Source: Octopus vulgaris (Eukaryota). From it: a DNA stretch of 64,000 bases. Position numbers and translations under genes: made by a program. Where the stretch lies: assembly GCA_951406725.2 (NCBI GenBank), contig OX597837.1, forward strand, positions 19,344,001 through 19,408,000, read 5' to 3'. The notes below the pieces were generated by a model, which saw only the letters and a program-made list of their open reading frames with translations, was not told the DNA's origin and did not search any database. Shown piece by piece: positions 54,570-64,000 of this stretch (within the stretch, counting starts at the first letter, position 1; each line of letters starts with the position of its first letter).

Positions 54570-54684
54570 ATTTCCGAAAGTTTCATCCGAATCCATCCAG
54601 CGGTTTTTATGATATCTTGTCCACAGACAAACAAGCAAACATGACTGAAAACAATACCTCTGCCTTCGCTAAGACGGAGGTAAC
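54570..54684 (+). mobile_element. Helentron/HINE-like terminal fragment
   Basis: aagtttcatccgaatccatccagcgg...(acaa)n...aaacaatacctctgccttcgctaagacggaggtaa terminal hairpin. Confidence 0.55.
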
Positions 54685-54719
54685 TATACCATTTTAATCC
54701 CGAGCCACGCCGGGTATCT

Positions 54720-54771
<52 letters not shown>

Positions 54772-54853
54772 CACACACACACACATAGATAAAGATAGAT
54801 AATGCCGATTTATGGGATTACCCTGGGTTTCAAGTCCACAAAGCGCTTAGCTT

Positions 54854-54901
<48 letters not shown>

Positions 54902-55036
54902 TCGACATGAAACCCAGGGAAATTACATAAACCGGCCTTTACCTCTGACTTTATATACATACATACTCTATAATGCTCTATAACTGAAAGTCTGTTTCTT
55001 TATTTTTTTTTCAGACCTACGTTTTATCAACGATCC

Positions 55037-55067
<31 letters not shown>

Positions 55068-55091
55068 CAAGTATACATATATGTGTGTATA

Positions 55092-55144
<53 letters not shown>

Positions 55145-55223
55145 ATATATATATATGTATAAATGTATATACATATATACACACATATATGTATACTTGT
55201 GTGTATATATATATATACACATA

Positions 55224-55584
55224 CATGGTTCCGGACTCATTCCCACTGCGTGGCACCTTTGGGCAAGAGCCTTCTATTATAACCTCTGGCCGACCAAAGC
55301 CTTGTGAGTGGATTTGGTAGATGGAAGCTGAAAAGAAGCCCGTCGTATATATGTATATATATATGTTTGCGTGTGTGTATGTTTGTGTGTGTATGTTTTT
55401 GTCCTCTCCAACATCGCTTGACAACCGATGCTGATATGTTTATCTTCTCGTAACTTAGCGGTTCGGCAAAATATACCGAATAAGTACTGGGCTTACAAAG
55501 AATAAGTCCTGGGGTGGATTTGCTCGACTAAAGGCAGTGCTACAACATGGCCACAGTCAAATGACTGAAACAGGTAAAAGAGTA
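55224..55584 (+). mobile_element. SINE family 1 copy (5'-truncated)
   Basis: Homology to other copies. Confidence 0.85.
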
Positions 55585-56196
55585 TATATCTGATATCTTA
55601 GCTTACCGAAACTTGGAAGGCAATGTCAATACTTTGTACTCTACAAAAGTATTGAGTAATTCTTTAGTTTAATATAAAATTGGATTTATCATAACATAAA
55701 AACAAACATTTAAATATATATATATGTACACACACAGACACAGACACACACACACACACATACACACACACAAACAAACACACACACACACACATACACA
55801 CACACTCCTAATACACAAACATATCCCGAAAACGTGTTTGAGGAGTATGTGTGGGCGAGCGGGTCTAACATTTGAATAAAAACACTTTTCGGTTCACGAA
55901 ACAGTTATGGTTAAACAGACTATCTCTCTCTCTCTCACACACACACACAGACACAGACACACACACACAGACACACACACACAGACACACACACACACAC
56001 TCGTGCAGGGTCGCATGAACACACCCATATCATAAACCAACCGACAAGTAAACAAGCAAAATTTAATACAATAAAATGCTAACGTGGATACAACACTGAC
56101 ATTAACTCTCACGTACCTGTTACCTCTCTATTGTATTACTCGGCTCTTTTGGAAGATTTCCGATATACATATATGTGTGTGTGTTTGTGTGTATGT

Positions 56197-56248
<52 letters not shown>

Positions 56249-56499
56249 CTGTGTGTGTGTGTAAGTGCGAGGACAAGCAATCGGAAAAAAATAAAAAGAA
56301 TCGTGGTAACGGAAATACTAGGTGTGTGATGTGAACATCCAGTTCTACACTAACTGCGGCTGTTTTGTTTGGCAGATGACGGCGACACCATACACATATA
56401 CTCTTCTGTTATATTCTCGTCTTTCTAGTTTTAATTTAGCGTAAATTTTGACCGGCCACCTTCAAAGTTGTGAAGAAATGCATCTAGTTTCCGACCTCA

Positions 56500-56648
56500 T
56501 AGGCGCAGGCGTGGCTCTGTGGTAATTAGCTTGTTTACAAACCACTGCATGGCACCTTGGGTAAGTGTCTTCTACTATAGCCTCGGGCTGACCAAAGCCT
56601 TGTGAGTGGATTTGGTAGACGGAAACTGAAAGAAGCTTGTCGCATATG

Positions 56649-56694
<46 letters not shown>

Positions 56695-56875
56695 CGTGTG
56701 CGTGCGTGTGTGTGTGTGTGTGTGTGTGTCAGTGTTTGTTTACTACCACCACTTGATGACCGATGTTTGCGTGTTTACTCCCTCGTAACTTAGAAATTCG
56801 GCAAAAGACACCGATGGACTAAGTATAAGGCTTAAAAAGAAAATAAGTGCGGAGTTTGATTTCTTCGACTAAAAC
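56500..56875 (+). mobile_element. SINE family 1 copy
   Basis: Homology to other copies. Confidence 0.82.
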
Positions 56876-57078
56876 TCCTCAACTGAAGAAATTGGAGTCT
56901 ACAAGAAGGGTTTCGGAGGGACATTTATTTTTTAATCACTACAATTGTTTCGACGCATCATAGTTCTCTTGGTGCGCAGGTACTTGATTATGCAACTGTA
57001 TGTATATGCATGCATGTGTGTGTATGTGCATATATTCACATCTCTGAATTTTGTGTGTGTGTGTATGTATATGCGTGC

Positions 57079-57125
<47 letters not shown>

Positions 57126-57853
57126 TGTGTGTATTTGCAGCTGAGATAATTTCTTGCTACTAGCAATAAGTGTTGAAAAGCACCAGTAGTCATCAGAAGT
57201 GGCCTTCTCTCGGCAGAGGAGTGATTGCATTTCTTTCTTTTTGCCTATAATCAGCAGCATGTACTGCAAGAGAGACAACTCTAAAATGACTTTGAAAATA
57301 TTCGTTTTGTTATAGCATGTTTCCAAATTCATTTCAGGATTGTTTTCTTTCTCTTGAGACAAATTAGCAATGAATGAGGCGTCTTTAGAGTTCAACTATG
57401 CCCTAAACATATTTGAACTGATCTAAATATTTATTTATTCGCAACACGTCTTTCGCGCAGCGGCCACCACTGCTGCCGAGCCTGCTGCTGCTACTACTAC
57501 TACTACTACTACTACTACAGCTGCTGCTGCTGCTACTACTACTACAAACACACGCACATTAATATGTATACATGTTTGCAAGTCTGTATCTATACGTATA
57601 TTGTCCATAAACAAACGCATCATATCGGCATACGTATTGCATACATGTTTACATATGTTTTGGTGTCGCATGGTTGGTTGAATAATTACTAAAAATTACT
57701 CATGCATTTACACTCCCATTCTATCTGCCTTTCTTTGTCATCTACAGAAACACCAATCTTTCTCCTTCCCACACACAAACACACAAACACCAAATACTTG
57801 CAAAAGTACTCAGACCGACATGCATAAATGCTTTTCCGCTCACTCTATATCGC

Positions 57854-57903
<50 letters not shown>

Positions 57904-58219
57904 GTTGAGTCATAAGTCACAATATTTTTCAGTTTGCTAATATTTTTAACTAACCAGAAAACAAAATGACAAAATATATCATGTAATAAGGTGGAGAGCT
58001 GGCAGAAACGTTAGCACGCCGGGCGAAATGCTTAGAGGTATTTTGTCTGTCTTTACGTTCTGAGTTCAAATTCCGTCGAGGTCGACTTCACCTTTCATCT
58101 TTTCGAGGTCGATAAATTAAGTACCAGTTGCGTACAGTGGTCGATCTAATCGACTGGTACCCTCCCCCAAAAATTCGGTCCATGTACCTAGAGTAGAAAA
58201 GTGTATATATATATATATA

Positions 58220-58479
58220 CAATTGCAGCGTGGAAGGTGTTTATAAGCCATACACAAACCTGTTAGATTCACTTCAACATTTAAATTTAATTTGTCAAAA
58301 TATTTTCGTCGCTTTGAGACCGCGACAAAACTTCGTGCTGCACGAAGTTTTATCAGTGAACAGGTCACGGTCTCAAAGCGACGAAAATATTTTGACAAAT
58401 TAAATTTGAATGTTGAAGTGAATCTAACGGTTTTGTGTGTTTCTTAAATGGCTTATAAACACCTTCCACACTGCAATTG
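58220..58479. repeat. Near-perfect fold-back (palindromic) element with hammerhead-like motif
   Basis: Arms caattgcagcgtggaaggtg... and ...caccttccacactgcaattg; centre aaaacttcgtgc-t-gcacgaagtttt. Confidence 0.9.
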
Positions 58480-58864
58480 TTTTCGTTCCAGCACACGATC
58501 TCAGATCAAGTCACTTGCTATGCAAGTACATCTCCGTAATATATATATAACAAAGTAAAGTTGTAAGGTACTGCACGAGTGGAAATATATATGAAAGAAT
58601 GTTTGAAAAGGTAATAATAAAGATGTTTATTCACTTGACCGGTTTCACTTTTTTAGAAAAAGATTGTCAAAAGTAAAATGTAAAGCTTTGTATAAGCTTT
58701 GTTGTGTTAAGTATTAGTTGTCACAAAAGTATTAAAATACATATGTACATTCTTTGATAATAATAAGAAAATGTGAAAATATTCAACTAAAAGGATTAGG
58801 AGTTCAATAAACATGATTTTTATTGAACATTTGTTGAATATTTTCTTTTGTAAACTGTTTTTAA

Positions 58865-59422
58865 CAGTTGAGCGGTGACGAGCAAGCAAACCAGCAGAGA
58901 TTGTGGCTCGCTGATTTTTGTTGTTGTCACTTAAAGCATGCGGAACCCATGCTCCATACATCTGAACCTTTCCCATCGAGTGAAGATGCTTCTCTATAGC
59001 AGTGTGTGAGCATACCATTTTCTGTGCCAGTTCCCTTGTCGTTTGACGAGAATTTTCGTGCAAATGTTAGTTTAATCGCTCTTCATCGAAGTCAACTGGG
59101 CGGCCAGAACGAGGTGCGTTTTTGCGGTGAAAATTTCCATTTTTGAACTTGGAATACCAATCATGAGCAGTTCTTTCAGCACTAGCACCCTCTCCATACA
59201 CAGCGCAAATGTCGCGAGCAGCTTTTGCGGCCTTAGAACCTTGATTAAAAGCAAAAAGAAGGAGGTGTCGAAAATGCTCGTTTTTCTTAACTTGACTTTC
59301 CATTTTAATGATCTGAAAATAAACAAAAATTAACTAAAATTAACTAGAAAAATAAAAGATTCCAAAATGACTCAAGAATAGATACCAAATAAAAAAAAAA
59401 CGGCGGCAACTTAGTTGCTAAC

Positions 59423-59426
<4 letters not shown>
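58865..59426 (-). mobile_element. Mariner 5' half
   Basis: TA plus TIR ttgtgttagcaactaag; MESQVKKNEHFRHLLLFAFNQG...RSGRP, WVPHAL. Confidence 0.9.
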
Positions 59427-59462
<36 letters not shown>

Positions 59463-59929
59463 ACTGCTGGTCTCTGCAAAGAGGCTCTCGCGATACAAGC
59501 TATTCATGCTAAGCAGCAAAGTGAAAGTTCACTCCATAAGTAACTCCAGTTTGGCAGAAATATCTATCGTAAGATCAATTTGTTAAGCAATAAAAAGTAC
59601 TTGTTGATAAGTTACTTAGCTCTGTATTGCATTTAATGGCAAAAATGAGGTTTTTTTAAAATAAATTCATGTTTAAGAAAAAAACTTAATGTGAAAGACA
59701 ATTTCTGCGGGTATTTCTGAACCCAGCACCAAAAAATTAGGTAGGACTAATTATACAAAGAAAGACTAAAAATGTCTTTCGAAAACGTTCCCCAGTGTTA
59801 TTTAGACGCAGAAATATATGTATAATAAAACTCTACAGCTAAGGACTTAAATTATAGAATATTCGTTAAATACACTGGGAATATATACATCATTGAAAGT
59901 ATTGAGTTGTTAGATTTGTAGTGACGCTA

Positions 59930-60310
59930 TACAACAGCGCGCGCGCGCAACGCCCTTTTCTGATTCGCGCGTGTTTTCATCACCAGAAGAGGGAATATTG
60001 CTATCGTGGAATTAGCTGATTGGCTAGGAAAAGCGACCCTTAGAAAAGAGGCAAGGGAACGCAAAAACCTTGACCATTAGCGTCCAGCAGAGACAGCAGA
60101 GACAGCAGAAGGCCTTTGATACAAGCAGACGTATATTTTTCTCTGTCCGTATTTGATAGCAGTCGGCTGAAGACTTTAACCAAATTGTTGCAGACAACAT
60201 CGTCTTCATTTTTCCGCGGCCATCTTTAACCCGTTCTGTTTTTAGCGGCTGAACATTGTAAAATCTTACAAGCGATTAACTTTCAGCCTTGCGCGCCCAG
60301 AACCAAGGAT
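59930..60310. promoter_or_regulatory. Candidate promoter-like CpG-rich unique patch
   Basis: GCGC runs, reverse CCAAT (ctgattggct ~60016-60025), YY1-like GCGGCCATCTT ~60216-60226; non-repetitive. Confidence 0.3.
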
Positions 60311-60692
60311 ATCAGATATACCACTTATTTCTCACCGGTATAAGACAATAAAGTATATCTATTTTTTACGTCTGCGTTTTGTGTTTCTTTGACTGGTAGA
60401 ATCTTGATTATTAAAAGGCAACGGATAGTGATTGCTTCTTGCACCCAAACAGTGCAGAGAAGATATTCACATTTCGTTACAGATTAATTCGCTCGCTTCT
60501 TTTCATTTCTTTTAAACCTTATTTTTCATCAACAGTCAAGGCACGGTAGCAACAAATTTTGAACAATGAAAGGATAATGTATTATCGACTGATTTGTTGA
60601 AAATAAGGGTTAAAGTAAATGAAAAAATAGAATATTCCTTTGACAACCTAGTATGTATGTTATGTATGTGTTTATGATTATATATATATATA

Positions 60693-60923
60693 CTGTTGTG
60701 TTTGGGAAGAGTCATTCTCTTTTAGTGCCTTATTATTTAACACACTCACCGGTAAAATTTCCACTTATTTCTTATTTTTATTTTCTAAAATTTTCGTTGC
60801 GTCTTGCAACCTTTTCAGTAGTCGTGACTCTTTAATAAAAATAAGAAATAAGTGGAAATTTTATCGGTGAGTGTGTTAAATAATAAGGCACTAAAAGAGA
60901 ATGACACTCCCCAGACACAACAG
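60693..60923. repeat. Inverted repeat (~90-bp arms) with hammerhead-like spacer
   Basis: 60693-60781 versus 60834-60923. Confidence 0.88.
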
Positions 60924-62432
60924 AATATGCTTCAACACACGAACTCATATAAAGAATCTTGCAAACCAAATCCAAAAACGAATATATATATATATATGTT
61001 TATGAATCATATGCATATATATATGTATATATATACATCTATCTATCATATATATATATATACATGTATGTGTGATTATACGTACATATGTTTAGAAAAT
61101 TCCGTTGACAACCTAGTATATATGTTATGTATCTATGTATGTGTGAATATTTTTATGCTATATATATATATATATACGTATATATTTATAAATTTATATG
61201 TAAGTATATAAATATATATGTATATATATATATATATATATATAATGTATGTGAGCATACGTACATGTTTATATATATATATATATATATATACATATAT
61301 ATAGTCAATTCTGTATCACACTGTAAACATTAACACTAAAATATATATTTTCTCGCCCATTTCACATATTTATTCGTCCCTGTCTAATATCATCTTAAAT
61401 CTATTTATTCTCTACGTTTATTTTTCAATTTCTTTCACTTATTTCTCTATTACGGGATGCACAAGTAGAAAGCCAATAAAGAAAACAGTCATTACATACC
61501 CATGGTTTGTAAGAATCTTTTTTTCTTTTAGTTTTCTGACGACAGGTGGTGCTGCTGTTCACCGGAAATCAGCTCGTTACAGCCAACTCGTTCATAACTG
61601 CTGGTGTCTTCTTTACTCTTTCATTTTGTTCTGGTGTTTTGTTGCTTTTTATTCCGAAATTTACGTTTGTCGTTCTGGTTCTACAGACGTAAACAACAAT
61701 GGAAACTTGTATCGTCGTTACTATACTAGTCGTTGTGATTATTGTAAAATGAAATAACTTGTGGGAATACCCGGCGTTGCGCGGACGAAGGGTGTATGGA
61801 ATTGTCACCAACATAATATAACCACAAATGCAGTATGTTAATTTTGTATTGGAGGAAGGTTTGTCTTCATACAATTTCTATATGGGTTAACTGCAGCCAC
61901 TTTTGCCTAGGCCATTAGACAAAGGAAGATTGTGGGATGATCTTCACCATGGACTCAACTAATAGCCAGATCCTTTCTACAGATGACAACAGCCTTCCAC
62001 ATATCTCCAGAAGCTCGGACACTAAACCAGTGCATGCAAAAGAGTTTCTTCTTCCCGTGATACCATCATTCCCAGTAGCTGACTGTAACGTTATTCAACT
62101 GCCACTGCCATCCCCACGAAGGGATGAAAGGTAACGATAGCTTCAATCGTATTTGAACTCAAAGTTTGAGGAGCAGTGAACAAATACGTCAAAACAATTT
62201 TTCGACACTCTACACAAGTGTGAAAAGAAAAAATGAGAGAACAATGCAATGACAGAATGCAAAAATAACCTTTATTAAGAGAACTTTTGAGTGGGATGGG
62301 CCATTCGACTTAACACCATGTTGCGCACGTATGGTTGTGATGCATGTGCCTGGTGTACCATTATCAGACGGGTAGTCATGATGGGTATATTGGACTTCTG
62401 TGTTACTTTGATGGCATGTATTGCTCTCACTC

Positions 62433-62511
<79 letters not shown>

Positions 62512-62512
<1 letters not shown>

Positions 62513-62760
62513 TAAATAATATAGACTACATGGAAGCATTTGATAGTGTCCCACATAATTGGCTACTCAAGGCCCTTGAGATATATAAGATCTCTTCTGT
62601 TGTCTCCAAATTCTTACAAGGTAGCATGGCCAAGTATCCTAAACCATAGTAATGGGATGAGCCAATCTAACAACATCAACATCAAACGGGACATCTTTCA
62701 AGGTGACTCCCATTTCCCATTACTCTTTTGCACTGATCTTACTCTCAAGCGAACTCAGTA
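62512..62760 (+). mobile_element. R4/Dong-like RT fragment following (AAT)n
   Basis: IDYMEAFDSVPHNWL, IKRDIFQGDSHFPLLFC. Confidence 0.82.
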
Positions 62761-63127
62761 ACACCATGTCTCAGAGAAATTTAAAAGATTGTGTTGACAA
62801 GTACTGCTCACATCCTTAGACAAATCCTACCAATTTAAATGTCTGTGTTGTATTACATGAAGAGATTTCGCTACTACCCATGCTACTTCCCCTTCTCAAG
62901 CTTTCAGTCACATTTCTAATCCTTCACTCGCCCCAGGACGCTTGGTGTGTCTCGGCTAGTGATTGTAATAAATATGCAAATTAAAAGTAGTAAAAAAAGT
63001 AATGATAACCCCGAAAGGAGGAAGGGCAAAGTCGACCTAGGCGGATTTTGAACTCAGAACGAAAAGACGGATGAAATGCCGTTAAGTATTTTGCCCGGCG
63101 TGCAAACGATACTGCCAGCTCGCCGAC

Positions 63128-63208
<81 letters not shown>

Positions 63209-63209
63209 G

Positions 63210-63710
63210 TGATGATAATAGTGATGAAAAAGCTAAGCGTATGAAAACCCTTGCTAAACTGCTGCTTTAGATATTCTTAATGATAAATGGCAAGAAAAAC
63301 CTCTCAATGGCAAATATCCAAAGAGAGCTAATATTGCTTCTGTTGTCAAAGCCCTTCCCCATCAATGGTTAATGTATTCTGGTTTAAAATCAGAGACAGA
63401 AGGGTTTATCATTGCAGCCCAGGATCAATGCCTACCTACAAGGAACTACCAGGCCAACATTTTACATAACAGCATTAGCGCAACATGTGTATGTAAACAA
63501 AAAATGAAACCATTGATCATGTTGTCTCCATGTGCAGCCTTCTTGCGCCTACAGAGTATCTGAACAGGCATGAAAGAGCAGCACAGTATATTCACTGGGT
63601 AATTTGTAAAATCTTGGACCTACCGCATGATAAAAAATGGTGGGATCACAAACCACCTCCAGTGCTTGGAAAATGATCACATCTCACTCCTTTAGAACTT
63701 TACTGTCAAA
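63210..63710 (+). mobile_element. R4/Dong-like LINE fragment following (AAT)n
   Basis: WQEKPLNGKY...LKSETEGFIIAAQDQCLPTRNY...ETIDHVVSMC...RHERAAQYIHW. Confidence 0.88.
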
Positions 63711-64000
63711 GACCCCCTTTTGTCATAAACGACCATGGGATTGCGCCTAGAAAGTTCCCCTCCGAGGCACAAGTCGCGGCAAGATTGTTTGTGGAAGACC
63801 AACAGTCAGCTATGCACACCATCCTCCCCTCTCCACCCCACATATATATATAAAAGGATATGAGGGGTTTAGTTCACTGGTGATCTAAACGAATAGGTAC
63901 GCTGTGTAAGTGCTATAATCGGTCATCTGTTAGGTTCCAAGTTCACAGCTGAGGCTGGAGTTAGGGATCTGTATTAGGCTATAGGTTATATATTAGATGG

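Noticed and set aside
57036-57395. 119-aa ORF
   Set aside because: No real ATG start (the ORF track uses an alternative start), it runs into (CA)n and has no recognisable domain.

Overview
AT-rich, microsatellite-saturated animal genomic DNA, intergenic or deep intronic. The SINE families look like those of Octopus, which is an inference from recognising the repeats and not a database result. I cannot support any intact host protein-coding gene; almost all ORF-track entries are translations of simple repeats. The window is a layered collection of decayed transposons. DNA transposons: at least 9 Tc1/mariner relics (DD34D, DD37D and DD41D-like; one near full length; two with internal inversions), a ~2.45 kb hATm-like element and Helitron-type pieces. 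Non-LTR retroelements: Tx1/L1-like, HERO-like, R4/Dong-like pieces next to (AAT)n, RTE and jockey-like fragments, plus many tRNA-derived SINEs. Most notable observations: (1) a pre-tRNA-Glu(CTC) copy joined through its TTTT trailer to a 5'-truncated Tx1-like LINE, lying inside a (CTAT)n tract; (2) several hammerhead-ribozyme-like motifs, often inside fold-back Penelope-like insertions, including an intact-core copy, one with a ~100-nt stem II and one with a G3-C8 swapped core; (3) a 20-bp-period degenerate tandem array containing 8 perfect CArG boxes; (4) SINEs showing all 2x2 head/tail module combinations. Coordinates were counted by hand and element ends may be off by a few bases.
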